From a virus: 64,000 nucleotides of DNA. How positions within the stretch are numbered: position 1 is the stretch's first letter; every line of letters begins with the position of its first letter. The position numbers were made by a program, and so were the translations under genes. The notes under the pieces are model-generated. The model worked only from the letters and a program-made list of their open reading frames with translations, had not been told where the DNA came from and ran no database searches. Shown piece by piece: positions 9,389 to 20,387 of the stretch. The stretch spans positions 2,345-66,344 of the IMG/VR virus record IMGVR_UViG_3300027973_000059; one strand, given 5' to 3'.

Positions 9389-9518
9389 AATAAATATATG
9401 AATAATAAAGCCGCAAAAAAACTAAGAAGATTAGCAATTGCTATTGCCGCAGCTAATGGTAAAATTGAAGACTCTGAAAGAATCTACAAGAATTTAAAAA
9501 CAGTGCATAAAGAAAATA

Positions 9519-9545
9519 AAAAAAGCCCCTAATGAAAGGGGCTAA
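9519..9545. terminator. terminator between convergent genes
   Basis: AAAAAAGCCCCT-AATGAA-AGGGGCT hairpin; T run on the minus strand. Confidence 0.65.
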
Positions 9546-9549
9546 TTTA

Positions 9550-9795
9550 CTAAGCATTTGCTGCTGTAAGAACTTGGTTAACTGTAGAAGTTACAATTAA
9601 TTGTACACTTCTTTGGTTTAAACCAGTTGGAGGAAGAGTAATTACAGAGTTAGCAGTAGCTCCATTAACAGGGTTTGCGCCTGTGTAAGGAACAACTACA
9701 ATACCTTGAGATGGGATAGCGCATACTACACCACCCGATGTTGCTGTTGCGTATTGGTTTCTTTGTAAAACCGTTACTGCGAAAATGTTTGCCAT
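9550..9795 (-). CDS. small protein, possible virion decoration protein
   Basis: Own TATATTTG promoter (9839-9846, -) and terminator; A/T/V/N-rich. Confidence 0.6.
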   Translation of the reverse strand: MANIFAVTVLQRNQYATATSGGVVCAIPSQGIVVVPYTGANPVNGATANSVITLPPTGLNQRSVQLIVTSTVNQVLTAANA

Positions 9796-9852
9796 TTTGT
9801 TTTTGTTTTAATTGTTATATAATATATAATTGGCTTAGCAAATATAATAAAT

Positions 9853-9882
9853 TTTGCCAAGTTTATAAAATGTTTAACTTTG
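9853..9882 (+). promoter_or_regulatory. promoter for the packaging operon
   Basis: TTTG-N18-TAACTTTG. Confidence 0.6.
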
Positions 9883-9900
9883 AATTAAATTAATTAAATT

Positions 9901-10581
9901 ATGAAATTGAAAGCTCCAAGTAATAGAGTAATCATTAAAGTTGACCTAGAAAGTAAGAATAGCCATACGTTTAAAGATGGTACAAAAATTAAACTAGAAA
10001 GAGTATATGATAATTTTAATATGCGTTATGTTAAACCTGTTAATGCTGAGGTTGTTGATGCTAAAGATATACCTACGGGAGCTGAAATTCTTATCCATCA
10101 TAATGCTACTCATGATACTTATAAGATTTTTAATTATCAAAGACCTACTACTGAAGCTTCTTCAGATATTCAATATTTCTCAATACCAATCGAAGAATGT
10201 TTTATGTGGAGAGAAGGGAAAGGTTCCATATGGAACGCTTTAAATAATTTTGTTACAGCTCTAAGAATATTCAAACCATATAAAGGTATGCTTGAGGGTA
10301 TTGAACCAGAAGTAATGAATAATAAACTATACATAACTAGCGGTGAGTTGAAGGGTAAAGCAGTTAATACCGTAATTTCAAGTGATTATGAAATTATATA
10401 TCAAAATGAAGATGGAACAGAAGGAAGAATTATTAGATTAAGATATTTTCCAGATGGTAATGATAGAAATGAGATTACAGCTATAAATGATAATTTGACA
10501 GAATTAGTTGAAAATGGCGATTTATGGGTAGGGTATAGCAAATCAGATGCAAAACAATTAAAAGAAGTAGAATGTCTGTAG
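9901..10581 (+). CDS. GroES-like domain protein
   Basis: MKLKAPSNRVIIKV start and GAEILIHHN; gene upstream of terminase. Confidence 0.5.
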   Translation: MKLKAPSNRVIIKVDLESKNSHTFKDGTKIKLERVYDNFNMRYVKPVNAEVVDAKDIPTGAEILIHHNATHDTYKIFNYQRPTTEASSDIQYFSIPIEECFMWREGKGSIWNALNNFVTALRIFKPYKGMLEGIEPEVMNNKLYITSGELKGKAVNTVISSDYEIIYQNEDGTEGRIIRLRYFPDGNDRNEITAINDNLTELVENGDLWVGYSKSDAKQLKEVECL

Positions 10582-10955
10582 AATTAGATAAAATAAAGGA
10601 TTTAGAGAAACAAGTTGCTTATTTGCAAGGTAAAAACGCCTATTATGAGCAAGATGGTATTGGTAAGCTATATCATGCCTTGAATAGAAAGGCTAATGAG
10701 ATGGCTGAGTTATTGAATAAAACTAGTCTTACAGCTATTGATATTGATGACCCTAAGATTAAGACTTTTGAAAGATTACAGAAAATATGGGCAGATGCTG
10801 GTACAATTTCGGCTTCAATTAAAACATTGGAAGTATTAGCCGGAATAAATCAAGAAGTAACTGACAAAAAAGAGGTCGTTCAAGTTAATAAAAAACCATT
10901 TTCACCAGAGAATATGGCTGATGCCGTTGGTGAATTAGCTGGCAAAAGAATATAA
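10572..10955 (+). CDS. putative terminase small subunit
   Basis: Helical protein upstream of terL; position only. Confidence 0.4.
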   Translation: MSVELDKIKDLEKQVAYLQGKNAYYEQDGIGKLYHALNRKANEMAELLNKTSLTAIDIDDPKIKTFERLQKIWADAGTISASIKTLEVLAGINQEVTDKKEVVQVNKKPFSPENMADAVGELAGKRI

Positions 10956-10957
10956 TT

Positions 10958-11608
10958 ATGAAATGTATTAATTGTAAAATAGATAAAGATTCTTCTGAAT
11001 TTTATTATAGAAATGATTCAGGCAAATATAGGGCTTCATGTAAGGTTTGTGAAAAAAACAGAGTAAATAAATATAGATTAGAAAAAATAGATATAATTAA
11101 GGAAAAGAAAAAAGAATATTGGAATAAAAATAAAAAAAAATTAAATGAAATTAATAAAGTAAAATCAGCTAATTATAGGCAAAATAATATTGAAAAAGTC
11201 AGAGAATCAGCTAAAAAATGGGCTAAAGAAAATAGACACAAACAGAGAGAATATACTAATTATAGGTATAAAAATGACGTTAAATACAATTTAAATATAA
11301 AGTTAAGACGAAGGTTATTTATGTCATTAAAAAGGGCAAAAGCAAGTAAAAAGAATTATACTATTAAATTATTGGGGTGCGATTTATTATTTTTTAAATC
11401 ATATATAGAAAGTAAATTTACTGATAATATGAGTTGGGAGAATATATTAAATGGCAAAATTCATATAGACCATGTTATCCCATGTTCATCTTTTAATTTA
11501 GAAAAAAAAGAAGAACAAGAAAAGTGTTTTAATTATTCAAATTTACAGCCTTTATGGGCTTTGGATAATCTTATAAAAAGTAATAAAACATTATGTATAG
11601 AAAAATAG
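10958..11608 (+). CDS. HNH/endonuclease VII-like homing endonuclease
   Basis: N-terminal CxxC...CxxC, LLGC, MSWEN, HIDHVIP, FNYSNLQPLWALDNLIKSN. Confidence 0.85.
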   Translation: MKCINCKIDKDSSEFYYRNDSGKYRASCKVCEKNRVNKYRLEKIDIIKEKKKEYWNKNKKKLNEINKVKSANYRQNNIEKVRESAKKWAKENRHKQREYTNYRYKNDVKYNLNIKLRRRLFMSLKRAKASKKNYTIKLLGCDLLFFKSYIESKFTDNMSWENILNGKIHIDHVIPCSSFNLEKKEEQEKCFNYSNLQPLWALDNLIKSNKTLCIEK

Positions 11609-13641
11609 ATGGAGGTTCAGAAATTGATATTCAATGGGTTAAGTGTCAATTACCACCAGAAGGATATGTATATAATATTCTTACTAAAAAAATTGAGTTC
11701 AGAGGTATTTATAAAATATCAGACAAAAAAGAAGAGCAATATTGGAAAAGGATTCCTATGCCAAGCTGGTACAAAGATGTTACGAAAGCTTGGGATGATT
11801 ATGATAAAAAAAAGAAAGATGATGATTCTGAATTTTATGATGAACAATTAGAAAATTATAAAAAACAAGAATGGGACAGAAGGCTTAATGGATTTTGGTA
11901 TTATAATAATGGCATTCCAACATATTTAACCGGAATGCATTATTTGTATTTACAATTTTGGTCAATTGATATTGGTTATCCAAAGTTTAGGATACCAGAT
12001 TTAGAGAAGTTCTATTTTATGGAATATTGTATTCAAGACCCGTTATGTATGGGTATGCTTGAGGTAACTAAAAGAAGGTTTGGTAAGTCATTTGTGGCTG
12101 GTTTATTTGTAACCGAATACACTACAAGGACAAAGATGACAAACGGCGGTATTCAGTCTAAAACAGGCTCTGATGCTAAAAAATTCTTTGCCAAGACAGT
12201 GGTTAATCCATTTAGACGATTACCTAAGTTTTTTAGACCAGAATATGATATGTCTTTGGGGGTAAATCCAAAGTCTGAGATGAGATTCCAAAAGACAAAC
12301 GTAAGAGGTAAGAAGGCAGAGGATAATGTAGATAAAGACGAATTAGGTTCAGTTATTGACCATCAATCAGCAGATACTGTTGCCTATGATGGACAAAAGC
12401 TCCATAGATATGTAGCAGACGAGTGCGGTAAAACCACAGAGGTTAATGTGTATGACAGACACGAGGTTGTGCGTTATTGTTTGCTAGATGATGAAGGACA
12501 AATTATTGGTAAAGCATTATATACCACTACAGTAGAGAAACTTACAACTGAAAAGGATGGCGTTCAAGATGCCTTTAAATTATTATGGGAAGAAAGTAAT
12601 CAAGAAAAACGACAAGATAATGGAACTACTTCTAGCGGTCTTTATCGATTCTTCATGTCTGCAAAGCGTACAAGAAATTTTGACGATTTTGGGTTTCCAG
12701 ATGAAGAAAAAACTTTGGCTCAAATTTCAGCCGACAGGGACACAGTAAAAAATAATCAAAGAGCATTATCTGCTCGTATTAGAAAAGAGCCTCTTACAAT
12801 AGACGAAGCTTTTAGTACAGATTCAGATAAGTGTATTTTTAATGTAATGAACATTGGAGCAAGAGAGTCTTATTTAAAAGAAAACCCTAAACTCAAGCGC
12901 CATATCATATTTTATAGAGATATTGACCAAATAGTTAGATGGAGAGAAATAAATGATAAAGAAGAAGATTTTCATTGGGTTATAACTCAGTTCCCACAGG
13001 CGGGCGAAGAAAACAAACATACCTACGATGTAAAAACTAGAAAGCCAGCTAGGGTATCTGATGGCGCAATAGCAATTGATGGTTATAGTAATAGTCAAGG
13101 TGGTAAGTATGGTTCAAAAGCTTCAGCTTGGATAGGGAGGAGATACGATTTATTAAAACCAGAAGATACTGGGAAAGCCATAGGTCATCTTTACGGCAGG
13201 CCTCAAATTAAAGAAACATTGCACGAGCAAGTACTTTTAGCAGCTGAATTTTATGGGTATCAAGCTTGGTATGAGCATAATAGTGATGATTATTTGTCAT
13301 ATTTTAGAGATAGGGGTAGGGTTGGCTATCTTGGTTCATACCCGCTTTCAACAATTGACCCAGCAAAAAGAGAAACAGCTGATAGACACAAAGGATTTCC
13401 TACTACACCGTTTAGCTTGACAAAACAAACCGATGTGGGTATTATGTATTTTGAATCACATATTGATTCAATAGATTTTGAAAATTTGTTAGAAGATGCA
13501 AAAAAATTCGACCCAAACAATAGAACAGACTATGATATTACCGTATCTTTTTTGATGTTAATTGTATGTTTAATGGAACCGGTCCAAAAACAAATCAAGA
13601 GAGAAGCGCTTGTAAAAAGTTATGTTCCTGTGTTTAATTAA
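11593..13641 (+). CDS. terL: terminase large subunit
   Basis: KRRFGKS Walker A, YVADECGK Walker B, C-terminal nuclease acidic residues; precedes portal. Confidence 0.85.
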   Translation: MYRKIDGGSEIDIQWVKCQLPPEGYVYNILTKKIEFRGIYKISDKKEEQYWKRIPMPSWYKDVTKAWDDYDKKKKDDDSEFYDEQLENYKKQEWDRRLNGFWYYNNGIPTYLTGMHYLYLQFWSIDIGYPKFRIPDLEKFYFMEYCIQDPLCMGMLEVTKRRFGKSFVAGLFVTEYTTRTKMTNGGIQSKTGSDAKKFFAKTVVNPFRRLPKFFRPEYDMSLGVNPKSEMRFQKTNVRGKKAEDNVDKDELGSVIDHQSADTVAYDGQKLHRYVADECGKTTEVNVYDRHEVVRYCLLDDEGQIIGKALYTTTVEKLTTEKDGVQDAFKLLWEESNQEKRQDNGTTSSGLYRFFMSAKRTRNFDDFGFPDEEKTLAQISADRDTVKNNQRALSARIRKEPLTIDEAFSTDSDKCIFNVMNIGARESYLKENPKLKRHIIFYRDIDQIVRWREINDKEEDFHWVITQFPQAGEENKHTYDVKTRKPARVSDGAIAIDGYSNSQGGKYGSKASAWIGRRYDLLKPEDTGKAIGHLYGRPQIKETLHEQVLLAAEFYGYQAWYEHNSDDYLSYFRDRGRVGYLGSYPLSTIDPAKRETADRHKGFPTTPFSLTKQTDVGIMYFESHIDSIDFENLLEDAKKFDPNNRTDYDITVSFLMLIVCLMEPVQKQIKREALVKSYVPVFN

Positions 13642-13671
13642 TTAAAATTTTACTAAATTCTTAATATTTAG

Positions 13672-13679
13672 TATATTTG
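13672..13679 (+). promoter_or_regulatory. promoter -7 element
   Basis: TATATTTG just before the portal gene. Confidence 0.55.
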
Positions 13680-13696
13680 ACACAAAATACACTCAA

Positions 13697-16090
13697 TTGG
13701 CAGATAGTCCTTTATCAATATCAGCAGCAAATAGTAATGGAGAAGCTTTAAAAAAGTTTCAAATTACTACCGATGTATCTTCTAAGAAAGATTACATGTA
13801 CGGTAAAAATGTTGCGCAAAGCATCTACTCTACAATATACGGTAACCAAACTTATTTTTGGTTAAGAAATAATAGATTTAGAAAAAATAGACAAATTGCA
13901 AATGGTAAAATAGACATGAGTGTGTTTATGGACCGTTTAGAAATGAACAGCAAAGCTAACTTTGTAAATATAAATTGGAAATCAATTATTATAGGTAATA
14001 CAATTGTTGCAAGGTTAGTTGGCTCATGGATGAGTAGAAGAGAGAAAGTTACAGTTGTTGCAACAGATAGTGCATCAGCAATGTTAAAAAAAGATGCAGC
14101 TGATGAAGCAGAATTTGTTTATCAAAATAAAGAAGTGCTTTCTCAATTACAGCAAGAGTCTGGTGTACAAATTATTCCACAAGACCAATTTGTAGCTGAA
14201 GATAAAGATGAATTAGACCAATGGATTTCAGAATTTAATCATTTACCGGAAGAGATACAATATAGTATAGGATGTAATAATGTACTTGAAGCCAATGGTT
14301 GGAATGATGTTTTAAAACAAAGACTATTACATGATTCAGCAGAAGTTGGGTTAGTGTGTACATATACTTGGATGGATGAAGAAGGGGAAGTTCATGTTCA
14401 ATGGATTCGTCCTGAAAACGCAATTTATTCATATTCTGATTTCCCAGATTTTAGAGATACAACATATCGTGGACATATCTTGTCTATGAAAATAAGTGAA
14501 ATAAGAGCTAGATATGGTAAAGCTAGTGGTGGAACATTATCTGAAGAAGATATATTTATGTTAGCTCAGTCATGTAAGGAATACCAATTAACGGATAAGA
14601 TTAAGTGGATGCAAGATTGGAATGTTTCTTGGCTAAGACCTTATGATGAGTGGAATATTGATTTAATGAATTTTGAAATTAGAACATTAGATTCTGATGG
14701 ATATACTGTTACCAAAACTAAAAAAAATGGTAGCACAATTATAAGAAAAGGCAAACCAGAAAAACTTGATGAGAATCAAGAATATTTAGAAGAGAAAAAA
14801 TGGAATATATACGAAGGTGTGTATTGTCCTGTTACTCAAAAGATGATTAAGTGGGGAATTAAGAAGAATATGATTCGCCCTCAAGACCCTAAAGAAATTG
14901 GTAATGCTGAATTTTCATATAGTTTATATATGTACGACCCATACGATATGCGTAATGTGGCTGTACCTGAAAAAATAGAAGAACCTATTGAGCAAATGAT
15001 TTTGGCTAGATTGAAGATACAACAAATGGTAGCTAAGATGGTGCCAGCAGGTGCTTCTATTGATGTTGACGCATTACAAGAGCTTGATTTAGGTTTAGGT
15101 GATTCAGTTAAACCATTAGACGTACAAAAGATTTGGGAACAAACTGGTAAACTTTATTATCGTGGTAGAGATGCCGAAGGTAATAGAATACCGGTGCCAA
15201 TCACAGAATTAGCTAATACAGGATTTGCTCCTCAATTACAAGCTTTAATTCAATTATACCAATTCCATTATCAAGTATTAAAAGATGAGCTAGGAGAAGA
15301 CCCTAACTTAATGAATCAAGCTGCACAGCCAAGAGTTGCTGCGTCAAATATAGAGGCTTCAAGAGTTTTAGCTAATAATGCAACCGAATATATGTATGAT
15401 GCATATATTTATGTAATGGAAGAAAGCTGTAAAAAAATAGCTTGTTTATTGAATAAAAGCGTAACATACGGAGCTAAGAAATATAGAGATTTGTTAAAAC
15501 AAGAAGATGTAAAAGATAGGAATTTTGTTGCAACGGTAAAAATGTTACCAACAGAAGTAGAGATAGCAAATTTGCAAGCAATGATGAATAATGCTATTGC
15601 ATCAAATCCTCAATTAATAATATATTTAGACCCTTTTAAAGCAATGAGAATTGCAAAAGAGAATGTGTCATTAGCTGAACTATATTTTAGACAAGCTCAA
15701 AAAAGATATATAAAAACAGAGCAAGAAAAAGCTCAAGCCAATAGTGAACAAAATGCACAGATTCAACAATCTAGCATGCAAGCTAAGGCTCAAGGGGATG
15801 CTGCTTTGTTAGATAAGCAAACGCAAGCTAAACAAAGAGAAATTATAATTCAAGGTATGTTTGATTTAGCTAAAGCTAGTATACCAATGCCAGTAGAATT
15901 AAAACCTTTAATAGCTGAAATGTTACAAAATGTTGAAATGCCATTAATGATGGATAATCAACAAATGGAACAAGCTATCCAACAACAAGAAATGGAAGCT
16001 CAGCAACAAATGATGCAACAACAAGGTCAACAAGGTTCTCCTGAAGAACAACAAATGATGATGGAACAACAACAAATGCAACAACAATAA
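13697..16090 (+). CDS. portal protein
   Basis: 797 aa after terL; crAss-type synteny; Q/M-rich tail; TTG start. Confidence 0.8.
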   Translation: MADSPLSISAANSNGEALKKFQITTDVSSKKDYMYGKNVAQSIYSTIYGNQTYFWLRNNRFRKNRQIANGKIDMSVFMDRLEMNSKANFVNINWKSIIIGNTIVARLVGSWMSRREKVTVVATDSASAMLKKDAADEAEFVYQNKEVLSQLQQESGVQIIPQDQFVAEDKDELDQWISEFNHLPEEIQYSIGCNNVLEANGWNDVLKQRLLHDSAEVGLVCTYTWMDEEGEVHVQWIRPENAIYSYSDFPDFRDTTYRGHILSMKISEIRARYGKASGGTLSEEDIFMLAQSCKEYQLTDKIKWMQDWNVSWLRPYDEWNIDLMNFEIRTLDSDGYTVTKTKKNGSTIIRKGKPEKLDENQEYLEEKKWNIYEGVYCPVTQKMIKWGIKKNMIRPQDPKEIGNAEFSYSLYMYDPYDMRNVAVPEKIEEPIEQMILARLKIQQMVAKMVPAGASIDVDALQELDLGLGDSVKPLDVQKIWEQTGKLYYRGRDAEGNRIPVPITELANTGFAPQLQALIQLYQFHYQVLKDELGEDPNLMNQAAQPRVAASNIEASRVLANNATEYMYDAYIYVMEESCKKIACLLNKSVTYGAKKYRDLLKQEDVKDRNFVATVKMLPTEVEIANLQAMMNNAIASNPQLIIYLDPFKAMRIAKENVSLAELYFRQAQKRYIKTEQEKAQANSEQNAQIQQSSMQAKAQGDAALLDKQTQAKQREIIIQGMFDLAKASIPMPVELKPLIAEMLQNVEMPLMMDNQQMEQAIQQQEMEAQQQMMQQQGQQGSPEEQQMMMEQQQMQQQ

Positions 16091-16112
16091 AATAACATAA
16101 AAAATAAATAAA

Positions 16113-16751
16113 ATGGCAACATCAATAAGTAAGCTATTAATTAGACTTCAAAAATTTAGTTCAAAAATAAGCAAAGTAGTAGATGCTACAAATGAATTTA
16201 ATAAAGGTGGATTTTATATCCAAGATTTATCTGGATGGGATTCAGCGGTAGTTCAGTTTGGTACAATATCAGCTGAAGGTACAATTACTTTTTATACTAC
16301 CAATGATGACGGAAGCGTAAACGCAGGTCAGTTATTACCAGCTCCAGAAGTTCCAGATAATTTTATACCAGTAAAAGGAGTTGATTTGGCAACAAAAGGT
16401 GATGTATTAGTTGCTAGCAATGATTCTATGGTTGAATTTGGGATTATTGGTAAATATTTATCATTATCAGGAGATACTATAGTTTACCCATTAAGTTATG
16501 CTTATGTGTTATCAAAAAATACATATCCAACACCGCAAGAAGCTTATAATGTAGGTGTTTTACAAGGAACTGAAATAGTATATACAACAACTTCTACACT
16601 ATCAAATTCAAATATACTTTTTGCTGATAGTAGATTAACTCAACCAATTTATGGTGACGGAACTAGTTGGTATGGTATTTCTTTACTTACAAATGATAGC
16701 GTAAAATATGCTATAACTATTGATGGCGAAGCTGCTATAGTTATAGATTAA
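16113..16751 (+). CDS. putative structural protein
   Basis: Beta-rich ORF in the head module. Confidence 0.55.
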   Translation: MATSISKLLIRLQKFSSKISKVVDATNEFNKGGFYIQDLSGWDSAVVQFGTISAEGTITFYTTNDDGSVNAGQLLPAPEVPDNFIPVKGVDLATKGDVLVASNDSMVEFGIIGKYLSLSGDTIVYPLSYAYVLSKNTYPTPQEAYNVGVLQGTEIVYTTTSTLSNSNILFADSRLTQPIYGDGTSWYGISLLTNDSVKYAITIDGEAAIVID

Positions 16752-16774
16752 AAATAGAAACCAAATAAGCATTT

Positions 16775-17932
16775 ATGCCAGAGAATACCCCAGCAGCTCC
16801 AATAGAGCTTGCAGAAGGCTTCAATCCGTTTTCGGATGATAATGCACCACAAGTGCAAACTAAGATAGAAGAAGCCCCTATCTTAACAAATGAGTCAGCG
16901 CAAGCGGCTCCTCCTCAACAAGAGGAAACAAAAGTAGAGGAACAAACGCCTGCTCAATCATTTGACTCAAATCAATTTGTTAAAGAAAGATTTGGTTATG
17001 ATACCGTAGAGCAAGCTGAACAAGAGTTTAAAAAACTCAAAGAGCAACCAAGTTTTGAATTTAAAGATGATGTTAGTAGAACATTATTTGATGCCATTAA
17101 AGAAGGCAAAGCAGACGATGTTTACGAAATTTTAAACCAACAAAAAAGGTTAGAAAAACTAATAACTTCAGATTTAACGCCAGACTTGGCTGCTGAAATT
17201 GTTAAAACAAATATTAAAAATAAATATAAAGATTTGACATCTGAAGATGTTGACCTTTTGTTTTATGACCAATATTTCGTACCTTCAAAGCCTGAACAAG
17301 CTTATGATGAATCCGATGAGGATTATGCTGGGAAAATAAAAACATGGCAGTCGCAAGTAGATTACGCTGATAGGAAGTTGATGATTGAAGCGAAAGTGAT
17401 TAGACCAGAGCTGGAAAAATTAAAAAGTGAAATAAAATTACCTGATATTTATAATGAGGCTGGAAGAGAAGCTGAATCTCAAGAGGAATTTGAGATTATG
17501 CAACAAGCAAGGTCGATTTATGAAAAAACACTTGATTCTGATTTCCAATCATTTAGTGGATTTAATGTTTCGGTAAAAGACGAGGATGTCGAAATACCGA
17601 TTTCATTTAATGTAGCTGAAGACGAAAGATTGGCAATGAAGAATGATTTGACGGATTTTGATAGTGACTCATATTTTGAGAAAAGATGGTTCGCCGAGGA
17701 TGGTAAACCAAAAGTTCAACAAATAATGGCAGATAAATATCTGCTAGAGAATCGTGAAAAAATCTTTTCAAAAATAGCAAATGAAGCAGCATCTCAAAGA
17801 TTGTTGGCTCATTTAAAGAAAAACGGGAATATAAATATCAACCAAAGCCCCACTCCTCAAGGAGCGAAACCAGACCTAAATGGCACCGAAGCTGAAAGGC
17901 TAAGGATGGCAGAATGGGCTTTTAGTTCGTAA
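16775..17932 (+). CDS. capsid scaffolding protein
   Basis: Acidic helical protein immediately before the capsid gene. Confidence 0.65.
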   Translation: MPENTPAAPIELAEGFNPFSDDNAPQVQTKIEEAPILTNESAQAAPPQQEETKVEEQTPAQSFDSNQFVKERFGYDTVEQAEQEFKKLKEQPSFEFKDDVSRTLFDAIKEGKADDVYEILNQQKRLEKLITSDLTPDLAAEIVKTNIKNKYKDLTSEDVDLLFYDQYFVPSKPEQAYDESDEDYAGKIKTWQSQVDYADRKLMIEAKVIRPELEKLKSEIKLPDIYNEAGREAESQEEFEIMQQARSIYEKTLDSDFQSFSGFNVSVKDEDVEIPISFNVAEDERLAMKNDLTDFDSDSYFEKRWFAEDGKPKVQQIMADKYLLENREKIFSKIANEAASQRLLAHLKKNGNININQSPTPQGAKPDLNGTEAERLRMAEWAFSS

Positions 17933-17980
17933 CTTGATATTTGCCTTTGGAGGAGGCGCAAAAAATAAAAAATAAATATC

Positions 17981-19393
17981 ATGGCAGGAATACCTACCTC
18001 AAATATTTTGCAGCCGGGTTCAATCTCGTTGCAAACCCAGAATAGGCAACTTATGGTTGACCTACAATTATTAACTCCACAGTACTACAAGCAATACACT
18101 CAAAAGTATGGCAATGAAGATTTTACATGGTGGTTAGCTGCTCATAGCGGCATGGAAGAAGTTAAAAACTTAAACTACTTCTGGTTTGAAAACCGCGGTA
18201 AATTAATGCCGGGTGTTACAAACGAATCTACAGTTGTTGCGGCAGCTGGTGCTTCTATTACATTAACTTTAGGACAAGAAGCTTACTACAACAGTGGTAC
18301 TCAAACTCCTTTAAGAGTTAATGAAACTTTGCGTGTTGCATCTTCAAACATTGAGGGTGTTATCGTAAGTATTGATGATTCTGTTCCTTACGCTTGGACT
18401 TTTGTAGTTGCTCCTAAGCAAACTTCTCAAGGTTTCCAATCAGCTGGTTCTGGTTCATTATTAGCTGGTGAGGTTTTATTATTCGGTGGTGACGCAGATG
18501 CTGGTGAAGCTTCTCAACAAATCAATCCTTTAATCCAATTGGACCAAAGATATGATAACTATGTAACAGAAATTCGTGATGGTTGGTCTAACACTGACTT
18601 AGCGCAAATGGCTGAAACATATTATGAGTTCCCTGTATCTCCAGATATGGCTCAAAATGGCGTTACTGCATTTACTTACAAAGGAATGTACAAGACTCTT
18701 GTTCGTTTCAAGAATAACGTAGAGAATAAATTAATGCGTGGTAATTTACAAAATAACACTGCAATTGATTCTAACTCACAAGGTTCAGTAGGTATCATTC
18801 CTAAAGTTGTTGCTGACGGTGAAACTGTTGGTTACACTCCGGGTACATTAGATATCGCTAAATTACATGAGATTACTCGTATCATGGACGTTAATGGTTG
18901 TGCTAAGCAATCTGCTTGGTTAACTGACATTTTCCAAAGACAAGATTTCTCTGATGGTATCTTCGCTGCTTACCCAGCTGGTGCTTTCGTTTATGGACAA
19001 GGTGAGAAGTCAAAAGAGGCTTCTGTTGCTTATGGTTTCCAAGAAATCTTTATCGATGGATATTTATTATCTGTAAAGAAGTACGCTCAATTCAACACTG
19101 AGGTTACTACTGGTTTAACTCCAAATGTAGATTACTTCCGTAATTTCGGATTAATCTATCCAATGGGTGAAACTAAGGATGCGAAAACCGCTCAAGTTTA
19201 CAAGAATATCACTATTATGTATCAACAACCTCCTCAAGGTGGTACTGTTGGTAACGGTATTCGCGTATGGCAATATGGTGGTGGTTCTCCAAACCCTACA
19301 GATGGTACAATGACTAATCAAATCGCGATGATTACCTACAGAGGTACTCGTGTTTGTGCAGCAAACCAATTTATCATCGTTCAAGGTAACTAA
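17981..19393 (+). CDS. major capsid protein
   Basis: 470 aa, high-expression codon bias, position after scaffold, followed by a terminator. Confidence 0.85.
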   Translation: MAGIPTSNILQPGSISLQTQNRQLMVDLQLLTPQYYKQYTQKYGNEDFTWWLAAHSGMEEVKNLNYFWFENRGKLMPGVTNESTVVAAAGASITLTLGQEAYYNSGTQTPLRVNETLRVASSNIEGVIVSIDDSVPYAWTFVVAPKQTSQGFQSAGSGSLLAGEVLLFGGDADAGEASQQINPLIQLDQRYDNYVTEIRDGWSNTDLAQMAETYYEFPVSPDMAQNGVTAFTYKGMYKTLVRFKNNVENKLMRGNLQNNTAIDSNSQGSVGIIPKVVADGETVGYTPGTLDIAKLHEITRIMDVNGCAKQSAWLTDIFQRQDFSDGIFAAYPAGAFVYGQGEKSKEASVAYGFQEIFIDGYLLSVKKYAQFNTEVTTGLTPNVDYFRNFGLIYPMGETKDAKTAQVYKNITIMYQQPPQGGTVGNGIRVWQYGGGSPNPTDGTMTNQIAMITYRGTRVCAANQFIIVQGN

Positions 19394-19412
19394 TTTGTTA
19401 CCAAAATAATCG

Positions 19413-19449
19413 GGTAGGGGCAACTTTATTGATTGCTCCTACCTTTTTT
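19413..19449 (+). terminator. rho-independent terminator after capsid gene
   Basis: GGTAGGGGCAA...TTGCTCCTACC-TTTTTT. Confidence 0.8.
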
Positions 19450-19471
19450 AAACATTAAAAAATAACCATTT

Positions 19472-20365
19472 ATGGCTCGTTTAAAGGCAGTAGGGTTAGC
19501 AGAAGCTAACTTCTCACAACAAGGTGAAGTAAAAGTACAAAGACAAAATGATGAGGCTGCACAAGCTATGCAGGAATCCTTTTCATCTAATACAGCAACA
19601 ACTTTCAAGATTTTCAAATTATCAGATACCAAGAAAAATGGCAAATACCATATGGAAGGTATTGATGATGTATGGAATGAAAAGAAAGGTAGAATGGAAA
19701 GAATAAGACTTTTGAGAGGTTATCCAAGTATTTGGGTAGAAGACCAGAAAGGACTAGAAAAATCATTTGTTGAACAAAACAGAAGAAGCTTAATTTTTGA
19801 TAGAAGAGTATTAAGAATAGCTGATTATGACGTAGAAGCTTTAGAGTTTTTAAGTCTATGCAACGCTAATCTAGACAATCCTAACAAAAAAGGTACTAGA
19901 AAAATTACATTCTTTCAATGGAATCCACAAAGAACAGCAGAGCTTGAAAGAGCTAAAAGAGTCGCTAAAGTTGAAGCAATTAAATATGCTTCATTGGCAA
20001 GCGAGGAAGAAATGCGTAAGCACTGCAATTTCTTGGGAATTACATTTACAGATGAATTAGGAATGCCTAAATCAATGGATGCATTAAGAAACGACTACGA
20101 ACTTTACGCTGAAGCTCAACCTAATAAGTTTATGCAAAGTGCTGGTTCTAAAGAAGTTGAAATAGCATTTATAGTTAAAAAAGCTTTAATTGATAACAAA
20201 ATTGACACTACTACAAAAAGAGGTTCAGCTTATTGGTCAAATAATGGAGGTTATATTTGTAAGATACCATCTGACAAAAAACCGCAAAATTATTTAGTCG
20301 AATTTGCAATGTATCCTCAAGATGAAAGTAAAGCATTTTTAGAGCAATTGAAGAAATTAATGTAA
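19472..20365 (+). CDS. conserved protein downstream of capsid gene
   Basis: 297 aa; crAss-type synteny. Confidence 0.6.
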   Translation: MARLKAVGLAEANFSQQGEVKVQRQNDEAAQAMQESFSSNTATTFKIFKLSDTKKNGKYHMEGIDDVWNEKKGRMERIRLLRGYPSIWVEDQKGLEKSFVEQNRRSLIFDRRVLRIADYDVEALEFLSLCNANLDNPNKKGTRKITFFQWNPQRTAELERAKRVAKVEAIKYASLASEEEMRKHCNFLGITFTDELGMPKSMDALRNDYELYAEAQPNKFMQSAGSKEVEIAFIVKKALIDNKIDTTTKRGSAYWSNNGGYICKIPSDKKPQNYLVEFAMYPQDESKAFLEQLKKLM

Positions 20366-20387
20366 TCTTTCCCCCTCTAAATAAAAG

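Noticed and set aside
15940-16090. CAA/ATG repeats at the end of the portal gene
   Set aside because: Ordinary low-complexity Q/M tail
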